Shown here: positions 27,123 to 37,380 of the stretch, piece by piece
Position numbering within the stretch: the stretch's first letter is position 1
How the letters are laid out: every line of letters starts with the position of its first letter
Source of the DNA: a candidate division FCPU426 bacterium
Lineage (GTDB): Bacteria; Oederibacteriota; Muellerivitia; Muellerivitales; Muellerivitaceae
NCBI GenBank assembly: GCA_963849245.1
Contig: CAWKIY010000056.1
Coordinates: 1-59,756 of the forward strand
Length of the DNA stretch: 59,756 nt
Reading direction: 5' to 3'
The notes under the pieces: model-generated
What the model was told of the DNA's origin: nothing
Database searches by the model: none
Seen by the model: only the letters and a program-made list of their open reading frames with translations
Program-made: the position numbers and the translations under genes

Positions 27123-27668
27123 TTACTTAAACACCGCTTCTACCAGTTTCCCCGCCTTTCGTGACATTTCTTCCGGGGTAAAGACCTGATGATCGTCCAG
27201 CCAAAGTCTCAGAAGACTGGTCACCGCCGAGGCCGCGGATTGGGCGTTATAAGAAAGCATCAACTTTTCTTTGCGGTGGCTGAAGAAACCGCCCTTGTAC
27301 CGGCGCATAATCTCCTCAGAAATATTGTTCTTTAAATGTTCCAAAATAACATCCCCGGCCTTGCTCCCGATCAAAGCCTTCGCCAGCTGTTGATTTTCTC
27401 CGGCATGCTGAAACAATCCTAAAAAATTAATTCCCCCGCCGCCCGTTCCCAAAAGCTGTCCATCCCCAAAAAAGGAAACCTCAAGGTTCTCATTCCAGGC
27501 TTTGAAGAGTTGTTCCTTGTTCTCGTAATGGGAGTAAAAGGTGGCCCGGCCCACTTGGGCCCGGTCGAGAATGTCCTGAACCGTCACCTTCTCATAGCCC
27601 TTCTCCAAAATGAGGCTCAGCAGAGACTGCGAAAGCAGTTTCTTGGTCTTTCGAATTCGCTTGTCCAT
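27123..27668 (-). CDS. TetR-family transcriptional regulator
   Basis: HTH VTVQDILDRAQVGRATFYSHYENKEQL. The ATG at 27668 is preceded by AGGGAGAAGGGA; the listed 27782 start is an over-extension. Confidence 0.85.
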   Translation of the reverse strand: MDKRIRKTKKLLSQSLLSLILEKGYEKVTVQDILDRAQVGRATFYSHYENKEQLFKAWNENLEVSFFGDGQLLGTGGGGINFLGLFQHAGENQQLAKALIGSKAGDVILEHLKNNISEEIMRRYKGGFFSHRKEKLMLSYNAQSAASAVTSLLRLWLDDHQVFTPEEMSRKAGKLVEAVFK

Positions 27669-27767
27669 TCCCTTCTCCCTTTTACCGAACAAATCTGCCG
27701 CGGAGTTCGGCAACGCCCATCCTTCGGTGTGGTTTTCCCCGCGGACCCCGCTTAAATTCATGAAACC

Positions 27768-27780
27768 GAACAGGCTGTTC
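27768..27780. promoter_or_regulatory. Candidate TetR operator palindrome
   Basis: Perfect GAACAG-G-CTGTTC palindrome in the divergent TetR / hydroxylase spacer, 22 nt upstream of the hydroxylase ATG. Confidence 0.35.
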
Positions 27781-27802
27781 AATAACGTATAGGAGGTTTC
27801 AG

Positions 27803-28696
27803 ATGAAAAGTCGAATAAAAAAAGCGGTGGCCTATGGTCTCTATCCCGTTTTACTGGCAGGGCTCTTCACGGTCATCACCCTGGCGGTTCAAAACCATTG
27901 GGATTACGGCAAGACCTACGGCCTGACGACACTGGCCCTGGTTCTCACGCTGATGGCGCTGGAACGGCTTTTTCCATTGGCCGAAAAATGGTCCATGACA
28001 GGCCGCAGTTTTCTGCGGGACCTGAAATACATCGCCCTCGACATACCGGTTATTACCCTCACCAAGAGCGCTTTTGGCCTGGCCGCCCTCTATTACAGCG
28101 GGCATCATTGCGGCCTATTCAGCGGGATTCCCTTTCTGGCGGGATTCCTTGGATATCTTCTGATTTTCGAATTGATCCAATATTCCTTCCACCGCTTTTG
28201 CCATGAGGGCCAAGGACCCATGGGAAGGTTTTTATGGCGGACCCATTTGGCGCATCATCTCCCGGACAAGGTTTATGTCATCATGCACGCGGTCTTCAAT
28301 CCCCTGAACGCCTTCATCACCACCGCTATCGTTCAAATTCCCCTGATCCTGCTGGGCATTTCACCCGAAGTAGTCTTGGCGGCCACCCTGCTGATGGATC
28401 TTCAAAGCCTGGTCTCCCATTTCAACGTGGATATCCGAGCTGGGTTTTTAAACTATCTTTTTATCGGTACCGAGACCCACCGGTACCACCATGGCGCCAA
28501 CCCGAAAGAAGCCGGGAACTACGGGAACACCCTGGCGGTTTGGGACATTGTCTTTGGAACCTTCTATTATAAACCGGGCCAAGTCCCTGAAAACCTGGGC
28601 GTCAGCCAACCCGCCGAATACCCGGACTCTAACGAGATGGTAAAAGTGGTTCTTTTGCCTTTTCAACACGGAACCGAAAATCCCTCGCTTCTTTAA
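27803..28696 (+). CDS. Fatty acid hydroxylase / sterol desaturase-family membrane protein
   Basis: Three His boxes, HRFCH, HLAHH and HRYHH, in a multi-TM protein. AGGAGG lies 6 nt before the ATG. Confidence 0.8.
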   Translation: MKSRIKKAVAYGLYPVLLAGLFTVITLAVQNHWDYGKTYGLTTLALVLTLMALERLFPLAEKWSMTGRSFLRDLKYIALDIPVITLTKSAFGLAALYYSGHHCGLFSGIPFLAGFLGYLLIFELIQYSFHRFCHEGQGPMGRFLWRTHLAHHLPDKVYVIMHAVFNPLNAFITTAIVQIPLILLGISPEVVLAATLLMDLQSLVSHFNVDIRAGFLNYLFIGTETHRYHHGANPKEAGNYGNTLAVWDIVFGTFYYKPGQVPENLGVSQPAEYPDSNEMVKVVLLPFQHGTENPSLL

Positions 28697-28716
28697 GAAC
28701 CGGGCTTGGAAGTTAT

Positions 28717-29712
28717 CTAGGGTTGTCTCAAAACCACAATGCGGTTGTTGTTGGTATCCGCCACATAGAGATGGCCAGATCCATCGAGGACTAGTCCGGA
28801 GTTGTCCGCGAAAAGATTACCCACGGGCAGGGTGATTTGACCCAGGTGGGTTCCGTCCTGGCTGAATTCCTGAAGACGGGAGTTTCCTCCGTCACAGACC
28901 AGAATATTTCCATTGGGTTCCACCAGACAGCCTAAAGGTCCGCTTGTCACGCACCACCAGCAAACACTGCCGGGGGACAAAGCGGAACAATCGGCCAAAG
29001 TGTTCGTCACTTTTCCCAGATTATCGCATTTCTCAATCCGGTAATTGTAAGTGTCCGAAACGTAGCAATTCCCCAGGGTATCCACCGCCACCCATCCGGG
29101 GTAGTAAAACTGGCCCGTGGCGCTTCCCAGGCTTCCCCAATTTTGGTGGAAGCCTCCCGCGGCGTTCAGTTCCTGGACGCGGCTGTTCCCGCAGTCGGCG
29201 ACATAAACATTTCCCCAAAGGTCCACCGCGATTCCCTCAGGCCGGTTAAAGTCGTTGGAGCCGCTTCCCGCCGAGGGGGCGCTGTCGCCCCACTGGGCTA
29301 CCAAAACCCCGTTGGACGTGAATTTCTGAACCCGGTTATTGCCTGTCTCCGTCACATAAACAAATCCGGCCTTGTCCACCGCCACCCCATAGGGCGAGGA
29401 CAGGAATCCCGCCGCGGTTCCCAAACCGCCCCATTGGGAAAGATACTGTCCTGTGGAATTGAGTTTCAGAATCCGGTTGTTACCTGTGTCCGCCACATAA
29501 ACATTCCCCGCACCATCCACCGCGACGCCATGAGGCTGATTAAATTCGGTATTGCCGCTGCCGGCCAAAGGCTGGCTGTCGCCCCACTGGGTTTCATAAG
29601 CGTAAGCGGTCGCCGCGGCAGTGGTAGCCGGGCGGGTCGGGACCAAAGTGTTCTTCGCGCAGCCCAGGATCAGTAAAAAAGCGGATAACAGTAAAAACCA
29701 ATTTTTCTTCAC
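28717..29712 (-). CDS. NHL-repeat beta-propeller lipoprotein
   Basis: Six repeats of the G..NVYVAD.GNNR(I/V)QK type. GAGGAG lies 6 nt before the GTG at 29712. Lipobox LILGC. Confidence 0.8.
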   Translation of the reverse strand: MKKNWFLLLSAFLLILGCAKNTLVPTRPATTAAATAYAYETQWGDSQPLAGSGNTEFNQPHGVAVDGAGNVYVADTGNNRILKLNSTGQYLSQWGGLGTAAGFLSSPYGVAVDKAGFVYVTETGNNRVQKFTSNGVLVAQWGDSAPSAGSGSNDFNRPEGIAVDLWGNVYVADCGNSRVQELNAAGGFHQNWGSLGSATGQFYYPGWVAVDTLGNCYVSDTYNYRIEKCDNLGKVTNTLADCSALSPGSVCWWCVTSGPLGCLVEPNGNILVCDGGNSRLQEFSQDGTHLGQITLPVGNLFADNSGLVLDGSGHLYVADTNNNRIVVLRQP

Positions 29713-29895
29713 AATAAGCTCCTCGATCACCCCATCTGAAGCGGGGCTTGAATGCGTTACGGCTTCTAGACGAGATAAGCGGGCTTTAGTGCAAAAAAGG
29801 GGTGATTTTCCTCTAAAAAGTTCCCGGGAACCTTTCCGAGCAAGCGGTGTCCTATGAGGGTAAGCCGTTCAATACTTCAAACCAGGAGAAATATC

Positions 29896-30765
29896 ATGCG
29901 ATTTAAACCCTTATTATTAGCCGGACTGATGGTCTTCACGGTCTCAAGCGCCCAGGCCGCCCTCAAGGATTTCAAGGTTCAATATCAGGGCGCGGTGGTA
30001 GTGGACGACCGTTTGGTCCACGAAACCCGCCGTCAAAACTATGGCTTCCGGGTGGAAGTGGTGAACGACAGCGAAGGCGTAAAGCCCGAAACGGATCAAA
30101 ACGGACGGCCCTTCGTGGCCGCAGTCCCCGGAGAGCGCTACTCGGTGCGGCTTTACAATCCCCTGCCGGTGCGGGTCGCGGTCAACCTGACGGTGGATGG
30201 TCTCAATTCCATCACCGGCCAGCCCAGCGGAATCGCGGATGGGGAGAAGTGGATGATTGAGCCTTATAGTTCCATCACTATTCCCGGCTGGCAGGTCAGC
30301 GGCGGCGAAGCCCGTCGTTTCTTCTTCACGGAAAAACCCAAGTCTTACGCGAAATGGCGCGGCGACGAGACGGGTGAAGACCTCTCGGCTAACTGCGGCG
30401 TCATCGGCGCGGCTTACTTTTGGAGCCAAGAGGAATTGAATCAATATTACGATTCTCATCCCATCTATCGTTATACCAAGCGCCCCTATCTCTGTCCCGC
30501 CCCCCGTGCCAAAACCGAAAGTAAAATGATGGAAGCGCCCGCCAGCGCGGCGGGAGAAGCGATGGACCTCAGCGCGCCGGAATCTCAACCCCAGGCCGGA
30601 ACCGGCATGGGCGAGCGGGAATCCAACCCCACAATCCAGGTCGCTTTTGATTTTGACCGGGGAATGTATTCCCCCTCCCAAGCCGTCATCATCTATTACG
30701 ACTTCACGAAAGCGCGGAGCCCCAACCCCTTTCCCGCCGAGAGATATTCCCCCGAAATGCCCTGA
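29896..30765 (+). CDS. Secreted protein of unknown function
   Basis: AGGAG lies 7 nt before the ATG. Signal peptide MRFKPLLLAGLMVFTVSSAQA. I recognise no family. Confidence 0.55.
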   Translation: MRFKPLLLAGLMVFTVSSAQAALKDFKVQYQGAVVVDDRLVHETRRQNYGFRVEVVNDSEGVKPETDQNGRPFVAAVPGERYSVRLYNPLPVRVAVNLTVDGLNSITGQPSGIADGEKWMIEPYSSITIPGWQVSGGEARRFFFTEKPKSYAKWRGDETGEDLSANCGVIGAAYFWSQEELNQYYDSHPIYRYTKRPYLCPAPRAKTESKMMEAPASAAGEAMDLSAPESQPQAGTGMGERESNPTIQVAFDFDRGMYSPSQAVIIYYDFTKARSPNPFPAERYSPEMP

Positions 30766-30781
30766 AAATTTTCAATAAAAC

Positions 30782-30825
30782 AAAAGAACCTGGATCGATA
30801 AATGAGCCTGGTTCTTTTGTTTTTA
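30782..30825 (+). terminator. Probable terminator
   Basis: aaaagaacc ... ggttctttt stem with a 19-nt loop, followed by gttttt. Confidence 0.45.
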
Positions 30826-30943
30826 CGCCGAAACTTCATCAAACCTTCTAGGACAACTCCTCTTTTTTATGGAACAGTTGGTCAAATCCGGTTATTTTGA
30901 AAGCCATCTGTTAATCCATTTCATATTTTAAAAGGTAGCCTAT

Positions 30944-31915
30944 ATGAGAAAGTCTTGGTTTGGTTCGTGGGGATTTCTTTTGTTTTTTGGACTCACTGGA
31001 CTTTGCGCCGCTCAAGACCAATCAACGCAGTATTACCAGGCCGGCAATACCTTTTATGCCCAGAAAAATTACGACCAGGCGACCCGTTATTACGACGCGG
31101 CGATCCAGATCAATCCCAACCAATGGCAGGCTTACCAAGGACTAGGAAACTGTCATTACGCCAAAGGCGATAAAACCGGATCTCTTTCCTACTATCAGAA
31201 AAGCCTCAGCCTTCACCGGGACAATCCCGCCCTGGCTTCCTTTGTCCAATCCCTTCGGACCGCGATCGCTCAGGCCCAGACCCCGGCCGACAGCCAATAT
31301 TCGAAAACCGAAAAGGAAAAAATCTTACGGACCGCCGCCGGAATATCCGACGCGCACTTTGAGATAAACCCCTCCATTGGCGCGGCCCTGGAACTGGACG
31401 GGGCTGGTTCGGGCCTGGGATTCGGTCTGGGCTGCGGCGGCTTTTATATGTTCGATTCCCAATTCGGAATCGGCGGGTTGGTTCATCTTTATGTATTTGG
31501 TTCTTCTTACTCGTCGACCTCCAGTTATACGACTGATAGTTTTACACAGGGGACTGAAACGACCACAACCACTGAAAGCGTCAGCAGTCTGGAGATCGTG
31601 CCCTCCCTCAAATACAAATTCGAGGGAAAGACCTTCCGGCCTTATCTCATCACCGGACTGGGCTTAACCCTTCTTTCGGCCAAATCGAGCACCTCTTATA
31701 ACTATCAAAACGGCGCGCCTTACTACGGATCAAGTCTCAACTATGCCGGTTCCGGATCGACCATCGACCCCATCGTGGAAGGCGGAGGTGGTCTGGAATT
31801 CAACCTGGACCGGGAAATGAGCCTTTTCGTGGAAGCCAGGTTTGATGTGGTCTTGGGCGGCTACGGCACAGCCACCTATCTCCCCATCGAAGGCGGCCTC
31901 AACTTCGACTTGTAG
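30944..31915 (+). CDS. TPR-repeat protein fused to a predicted outer-membrane beta-barrel
   Basis: Signal peptide, then TPR-like YYQAGNTFYAQKNYDQATRYYDAAIQINP. The C-terminal half has alternating Gly/aromatic beta-strand patterns. Confidence 0.55.
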   Translation: MRKSWFGSWGFLLFFGLTGLCAAQDQSTQYYQAGNTFYAQKNYDQATRYYDAAIQINPNQWQAYQGLGNCHYAKGDKTGSLSYYQKSLSLHRDNPALASFVQSLRTAIAQAQTPADSQYSKTEKEKILRTAAGISDAHFEINPSIGAALELDGAGSGLGFGLGCGGFYMFDSQFGIGGLVHLYVFGSSYSSTSSYTTDSFTQGTETTTTTESVSSLEIVPSLKYKFEGKTFRPYLITGLGLTLLSAKSSTSYNYQNGAPYYGSSLNYAGSGSTIDPIVEGGGGLEFNLDREMSLFVEARFDVVLGGYGTATYLPIEGGLNFDL

Positions 31916-31986
31916 AGAATCCGCGGTCCGGATGGGATAATCCGTCGCTTGGAAAATCCTTATTTTTCCATTTTGAAAGGAACCCC

Positions 31987-34098
31987 ATGAAGGCTCTCTC
32001 ACCCGCGGCGATCCTCTCGGCCGTTTTTATTTTTCACAGCATTCTCTTGGGCTTTCCCTGCCTTCTGAAAGCTGAAGCTCAAACCAACCCTCCCCATGCT
32101 CCCCTGACCTATCACATCCTGGAAAACGGCTCCATTGTCCTCTCGGATGACCTGCATGATATCGCCCAGATCATCCCGGAGATTTTTACCGGAGATTGGC
32201 AATACCACCTTTTCGACATTCCACCCTCACAAAAAGGCGAAGACCCCGGCCCGGTTTGTGACCTGGGCGATCATCAGCCAATCCACATGAAAACGACCGT
32301 GGAAACGACTGCCGAGGGAATCCATATCCATTACGTCCTCATTCCCGAAAAGACCGTCTGGGTCCGGTCCGTGCGTGTCTCCACTTACTTAAATTACGCG
32401 GAATGGCGGAATTCTTCCTGCGGCTTGGGAAAAGAACAGAAGAAAGTCCGGGAATGGACGGTGGGAGATTGGGGCCTTGTTTCACAAGCCGACGCCCAAC
32501 CCCTTTCCCTGGGAGCTTCTTCTCCGCTGGAGGATCTCACTTTGGATTTTGATCCGGGAAAAAGCCATCTGACCCTGGTAGACAACCGGCGTTGGACCCC
32601 GACCCTTTTAATTTGGCTGGGGCACAACGAATCCAGTGACTCCATTTGGATTTGGAAAGCGGGGGAGGAGAAAAGCTACGACTTCACACTCCAATTCAAC
32701 CGGACCCTTTCCAAAATCCCCGCCGAACCGGTTTTCTCGGCCAGCGCCCTGGCGGGCTACTGGCAGGGTTCCATGAAAGGAGAGGAAGGCCAGCCCGACG
32801 GCCGCCTGTCTGTCATTCTCAATACCGACTCCCAAGGGGTTTATCACGCCTCGATTATTTTTGATAATAGCGACCTGGCCGGTTTTTCCACGACTCAACC
32901 GGCGCTTTCCGCCCGGGACGGCGTCCTCCGGGCCGACTACGACAACGCGAATCTGGAAATCAAACTCGACGCGGAGTCGCCCGAACTTTCCGGCACCATT
33001 CATGCCTGGGGCAAGACCCGTACTTTCACCCTGAAACGGGGCAAAGACTTCCGATTCCCCCGTTTGGACGCGGAAGGAAAAACTCTCACTCAATATGCCT
33101 ATCAGCCTCCGGCGGATTTGAAAGACGGCCTTAAACCCGGTGATTTACGAAAAAACAAAACCGCCTTCCCGGAAATCACCGGCAGCATGAATCAAATTTT
33201 AGACCGGACTTTCCCCGACATTCACAGCCTGTTGGTCGCCCGCCATGGCAAGCTGGTCATGGAGGATTACTTTTACGGCTACGGCCCCCAGGATCCCCAC
33301 GCCTTGTTTTCCGTAACCAAATCGGTCTTTTCCACTTTGTTTGGAATCACCCGGGATAAGGGACGCCTAAGCCTGGACCAGAAACTTTACGACTTCTATC
33401 CCGACTACCGTGCCGCTAAAGATTGGGATCCGCGCAAAGATAAGATCACTTTGGGAATGATGCTCGACATGACCTCGGGCTTTCAATGCGACAATCTGGC
33501 CGATTCTTGCGCCATCGGCGCCGTCCTGTCGAAAGACTGGCTGGGTTATGTTTTAAATCTGCCCCTCAACCACGATCCCGGCACCCATTGGACCTATAAC
33601 GGCACTTCCCTTTTGGCCCTTAGCAGCCTGCTGGTCCAAAAGAACGGCATGACCGTACCGGACTTCTGCCAGAAATACTTGGAAGAACCTTTAGGTCTTA
33701 AATCCCATCCTTGGGAAAGCGGCCCCAACGGAATCGTGAAAGTGGACACAGGCCACTGGCTGACTCCCCGGGAAATGATGAAGCTTGGCCTGCTTTATTT
33801 GAACCAGGGTCTTTGGAACGGCAAGCGGGTGCTTTCGAAGGATTGGGTCCAGCAAGCCTCATCCAAGCAGGCGGCGGATTTTGACTACGGTTATTTATTC
33901 TGGCTCAAAAGCGCCCCGGTGGACGGCAAGACCATCCCCTATTACGAGGCCAACGGCTGGGGCGGCCAGTATATTTTCATCGTGCCCCAGGCGGACCTTG
34001 TCTGCGTCATGACCGCGGGCAATTACCGCATGGGGGTTTATTTCGCGATGGAAGAGGAATTCTTCAAACGCTATATCCTCGCCCCCTTGGCGGAATAA
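31987..34098 (+). CDS. Secreted serine hydrolase, beta-lactamase/PBP-like C-terminal domain with about 400-aa N-terminal region of unknown function
   Basis: SxxK motif FSVTKSV in the C-terminal half, plus ANGWGGQY near the end. The N-terminal half is unassigned. Confidence 0.7.
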   Translation: MKALSPAAILSAVFIFHSILLGFPCLLKAEAQTNPPHAPLTYHILENGSIVLSDDLHDIAQIIPEIFTGDWQYHLFDIPPSQKGEDPGPVCDLGDHQPIHMKTTVETTAEGIHIHYVLIPEKTVWVRSVRVSTYLNYAEWRNSSCGLGKEQKKVREWTVGDWGLVSQADAQPLSLGASSPLEDLTLDFDPGKSHLTLVDNRRWTPTLLIWLGHNESSDSIWIWKAGEEKSYDFTLQFNRTLSKIPAEPVFSASALAGYWQGSMKGEEGQPDGRLSVILNTDSQGVYHASIIFDNSDLAGFSTTQPALSARDGVLRADYDNANLEIKLDAESPELSGTIHAWGKTRTFTLKRGKDFRFPRLDAEGKTLTQYAYQPPADLKDGLKPGDLRKNKTAFPEITGSMNQILDRTFPDIHSLLVARHGKLVMEDYFYGYGPQDPHALFSVTKSVFSTLFGITRDKGRLSLDQKLYDFYPDYRAAKDWDPRKDKITLGMMLDMTSGFQCDNLADSCAIGAVLSKDWLGYVLNLPLNHDPGTHWTYNGTSLLALSSLLVQKNGMTVPDFCQKYLEEPLGLKSHPWESGPNGIVKVDTGHWLTPREMMKLGLLYLNQGLWNGKRVLSKDWVQQASSKQAADFDYGYLFWLKSAPVDGKTIPYYEANGWGGQYIFIVPQADLVCVMTAGNYRMGVYFAMEEEFFKRYILAPLAE

Positions 34099-34332
34099 TT
34101 CCTTTGTGACCGATGGGCCATCATCAAAAACCATGGAAAAACCCCCTAAAAATAGACCCCTTGGATCAAATTTAGCTTCCCAGCGTCCAGAGCCATCCCC
34201 TCTCCCATCCTGCCCCAAAATAGTTTGGATTAAAAACACCCCTTCCCGTCTAAACCGCATAACAGCTGTTTTTTATGAAACAAAACGCCGTCCCATAAAA
34301 GCGGTACCAAAAATTTATCTACTGGAGGAATT

Positions 34333-35304
34333 ATGAGAAAGATCATCGGCCTGTTCATTTTGGCCTGTCTATCAGCCTTGCCTGTCGCTTGCAGCAAGAA
34401 TTTAGGGCTCAATCCCTTGGCCGCCGTCACGACGGTCACCACGCCAGTACCCACGGCGATCAACTATACCTACCAGTCTCAATTCGGGGGAACGGGTTCC
34501 GGCCCGGGCCAAATGAATCAACCCGATGGGGTTGTGGTGGACTCCTCCGGCAATGTGTACGTGTCGGATAAGGTCAACAGCCGCGTGGAAAAGTTTTCCG
34601 CGGCCGGAGCCCTGATCACCCAATGGGGATCCTACGGCACCGCGAACGGCCAATTCGCGAATCCCGGCGGTATCGCGATCGATTCCTCCAACAATCTCTA
34701 TGTCATCGACTTCGGCAATAACAACTGCCAAAAATTCGATACCTCGGGCAACTTCATCCTTAAATTCGGGACTCCGGGAACCGGGCCGGGACAAATCGGC
34801 TACCCGGCGGGTGTGGCCTGCGATAACAAAGGGAATGTCCTCATCATGGACAGCCATAATTACCGCGTTCACAAATACACCGCCTCAGGAACTTTCGTCG
34901 CCGATTACGGAAGCCAGGGAACCGCGATTGGCCAGTTCTCCGCCCCGGACGGTATCTGCACCGATGAACACGGCAATTATTACATTCCCGACTACAACAC
35001 CTGCTATGTCCAGAAGTTCGACAACAACGGAAACTACCTCTGCCGCTTCGGCGGACGCGGCAGCGGCCCCGGCCAGTTCTGCGAGCTTTCCTGCGGACTC
35101 TGTGTGGACAATCACGGGATCTGCTACGTCACGGATTACTGCGATGAACGCATCGAGGAATTCGACGAGAATGGCGATTACCTTTGCCAATGGGGCAACT
35201 CAGGCTCGAAGGTGCTGGATCCCATTGATTGGCTGACCGTGGCCCCGTCGGGCGAGGCCTATGTAATTGATAACGATGGGGTTTGGATTTTCAAAGCCTC
35301 TTGA
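34333..35304 (+). CDS. NHL-repeat beta-propeller lipoprotein
   Basis: Lipobox VAC; repeated GNVYVSD..NSRV.KF units with a G.G.GQF spacer. Confidence 0.8.
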   Translation: MRKIIGLFILACLSALPVACSKNLGLNPLAAVTTVTTPVPTAINYTYQSQFGGTGSGPGQMNQPDGVVVDSSGNVYVSDKVNSRVEKFSAAGALITQWGSYGTANGQFANPGGIAIDSSNNLYVIDFGNNNCQKFDTSGNFILKFGTPGTGPGQIGYPAGVACDNKGNVLIMDSHNYRVHKYTASGTFVADYGSQGTAIGQFSAPDGICTDEHGNYYIPDYNTCYVQKFDNNGNYLCRFGGRGSGPGQFCELSCGLCVDNHGICYVTDYCDERIEEFDENGDYLCQWGNSGSKVLDPIDWLTVAPSGEAYVIDNDGVWIFKAS

Positions 35305-35428
35305 TTTCAAAGGGTGCAAAAACGAAACAGGCCTGGCAAGCGGATCTTGCCAGGCCTGTTTTTAATCCTGTCCGGAATGAATCCACGCCCCGCTTTGCGT
35401 TTAAATAACTGGAGGATATAATCAAAAC

Positions 35429-35800
35429 ATGACTCTCCGGACAAAAAACCTCAATCCAATCCAGAACTATATTGACCGCCATCCGAAAGAAGTTCAGCGG
35501 CTTTTAAGACAAATGCGGCTCACCATCCAAAAAGCCGCGCCCCAGGCCAAAGAAACCATCAGCTACCGCATTCCTTCTTTCACATTAAATGGAAGCCTGG
35601 TTTGGTTCGCGGCCTTCAAAGCCCATATCGGCTTTTATCCTAAATCATCGGGAATCGCCGCGTTTCAGAAGGAACTCTCCGTCTATAAAGGCGCCAAAGG
35701 ATCGGTCCAATTTCCATTGGACAAACCTCTCCCGCTGGCCCTGGTCAGCCGGATTGTAAAGTTTCGGGTAAAAGAGAATTTGAAAAAGAAGAAAAATTAA
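35429..35800 (+). CDS. DUF1801 (YdhG-like) domain protein
   Basis: ISYRIPSFTLNGSLVWFAAFKAHIGFYP pattern is typical of DUF1801. Confidence 0.65.
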   Translation: MTLRTKNLNPIQNYIDRHPKEVQRLLRQMRLTIQKAAPQAKETISYRIPSFTLNGSLVWFAAFKAHIGFYPKSSGIAAFQKELSVYKGAKGSVQFPLDKPLPLALVSRIVKFRVKENLKKKKN

Positions 35801-35828
35801 TCGGGCCAGTATCTCATCGCCCACTGTC

Positions 35829-37130
35829 CTATGAAGCCCTCTCCGGCTTTCCGACCAAAGGCGGGTTCTGTTTCAGGAAGGGTTCCAGCCGTTTCATCAC
35901 ATCCTCCATTTTTTCCCGTCCGGCCCAAACCCCTTCCATCTCTTTCATTAAGTGGTCATGGACTTGCGCCCAATTGGAGCAAAAGGGCGAATATTGCACT
36001 TGGGAAACCGCGTCCAGAAGGACCTTCTTGTTCAGCGGGGGCTTTTGATCCAGAAACACCTCGGAATGGGCCAGTTCCACCAGAGCCGGCTGGACCAGGC
36101 CGTTGGCGGCCATCTTACTGGCCCCTTCCATGCTGGTGAGGTGGCGGATGAACTTCCAGGCCTCTTTTTTGTTCCGGGAGGATTTGAGGATGCCGTAACC
36201 CGACCCGCCCGTGGGAAAAGTCCGCTGGCCCGTGGGGCCTGGGGGAAAGAGGGCTGCATCCCACTTAAAGTTTTTGATCTCGCGGAAACGGGGCGTCCAG
36301 ACGAGCCCGGAATAGAACATCGCGGCCTTTCCCTCGTAGAAAAAATCACTGACATTCTCGTCGGTCCGGAATTCCATCACCGAGGAAGGCGGGGAGACCC
36401 GGTGCTGGAATATCAGTTCCGCCCGGCGGTCCAGGCCCTTGCGGGTGTTGGGATCGGTGGTAAAGGTCCATTGGGTGGGGCGGTTCACGTTGTCCGCGTA
36501 GCTTCCGCCGGAGTGATAGACCCACAGATCGGTTCCCGTCCGGTCCTCCACGAATCCCCAGCGCACCACCTTCCCATGCAGATCGGTTTTAGTGAGGGCT
36601 TTGGCGGCTTCCACGAATTGGTTCCAGGTCCAGTCCGCCTTCGGATAAGGCACACCCGCCCCGTCAAACGCCGCCTGGTTGTAATAAAGCAGGCACCAGG
36701 GCGCGGTGTCCCGGGGAATGGCATAAGTTTGGTTTTGAACCGTGAAGCGTTTCATCACGTCGGGATAAAAGGTTTTTAAATCCAGGCCGTCGGCTTTGAT
36801 GTAGGAATCCAGCGGCTCCAGCAGGCCGTTGAAGTAAAAGTCCACGAAGTTATTCACTTCCACAAAAAGGACGTCGAGCTTCTGCCCCCGGTTGATCTGC
36901 CCCAAAATTTCCCGCAGGTATTCGGTGTAAGCGTGCCGCTCCAGCTCCACCCAAACCCCGGGGTTCTTCGTTTCGTAATCATGAAGGAGATCAATGAGGA
37001 TCTGGTTTTCCTGAAGCTCACCCCAGGAGGAAACCAGAATTCTCCCGCCGGAACGAGAGAACGATCTCAAAAAAACAAAAAGTAAAATAACTAAAAACAA
37101 CCCGATCGCGAAGAACCAGAGACTTTCCAT
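35829..37130 (-). CDS. ABC-transporter extracellular solute-binding protein (family 1, sugar-type), orphan
   Basis: SBP family-1 features along its length. AAGAGGA precedes the ATG at 37130 (MESLWFFAIGLFLVILLF anchor). No permease or ATPase genes are adjacent. Confidence 0.8.
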   Translation of the reverse strand: MESLWFFAIGLFLVILLFVFLRSFSRSGGRILVSSWGELQENQILIDLLHDYETKNPGVWVELERHAYTEYLREILGQINRGQKLDVLFVEVNNFVDFYFNGLLEPLDSYIKADGLDLKTFYPDVMKRFTVQNQTYAIPRDTAPWCLLYYNQAAFDGAGVPYPKADWTWNQFVEAAKALTKTDLHGKVVRWGFVEDRTGTDLWVYHSGGSYADNVNRPTQWTFTTDPNTRKGLDRRAELIFQHRVSPPSSVMEFRTDENVSDFFYEGKAAMFYSGLVWTPRFREIKNFKWDAALFPPGPTGQRTFPTGGSGYGILKSSRNKKEAWKFIRHLTSMEGASKMAANGLVQPALVELAHSEVFLDQKPPLNKKVLLDAVSQVQYSPFCSNWAQVHDHLMKEMEGVWAGREKMEDVMKRLEPFLKQNPPLVGKPERAS

Positions 37131-37210
37131 GGATCCTCTTTTCAACCAAAGTGAAAAGCCGACTGGGACAAGTTTATCAGGACGCTGATTAAGGTTAAAC
37201 AGGCGACTTT
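37131..37210 (-). repeat. Leader copy 1 (5' UTR of the solute-binding protein gene)
   Basis: 65 of 80 ungapped identities with 38064..38144. Contains the conserved hairpin CTTTTCA-N7-TGAAAAG abutting the Shine-Dalgarno sequence. Confidence 0.6.
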
Positions 37211-37284
37211 GAGCCCTCATGAAAACCTTTAAAGTTGTATGAGAAGGGGCCGTTACGGCGGCTCGCCGCAGAATCATTATTTTC

Positions 37285-37328
37285 GGTAAAATAAAAGAGC
37301 CCGGCTCATCCCCAAGCCGGGTTCTTTT
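37285..37328 (-). terminator. Rho-independent terminator after the OMP gene
   Basis: 14-bp stem aaaagagcccggct / agccgggttctttt (one G-U pair) with an 8-nt loop. A U-rich tract follows on the minus strand. Confidence 0.7.
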
Positions 37329-37380
37329 ATTTGCGCCTAAAAGGTTAGACTGCGCGTCCCATCAAACCGCTGTTATCCGC

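Noticed and set aside
37176-37190. Apparent compensatory hairpin (ATCAG-GACG-CTGAT in leader copy 1 versus AGCG-GGA-CGCT in copy 2) as covariation evidence for an RNA structure.
   Set aside because: The two hairpins are in different registers relative to the alignment, so this is not true covariation. Only the Shine-Dalgarno-proximal CTTTTCA/TGAAAAG hairpin is actually conserved.
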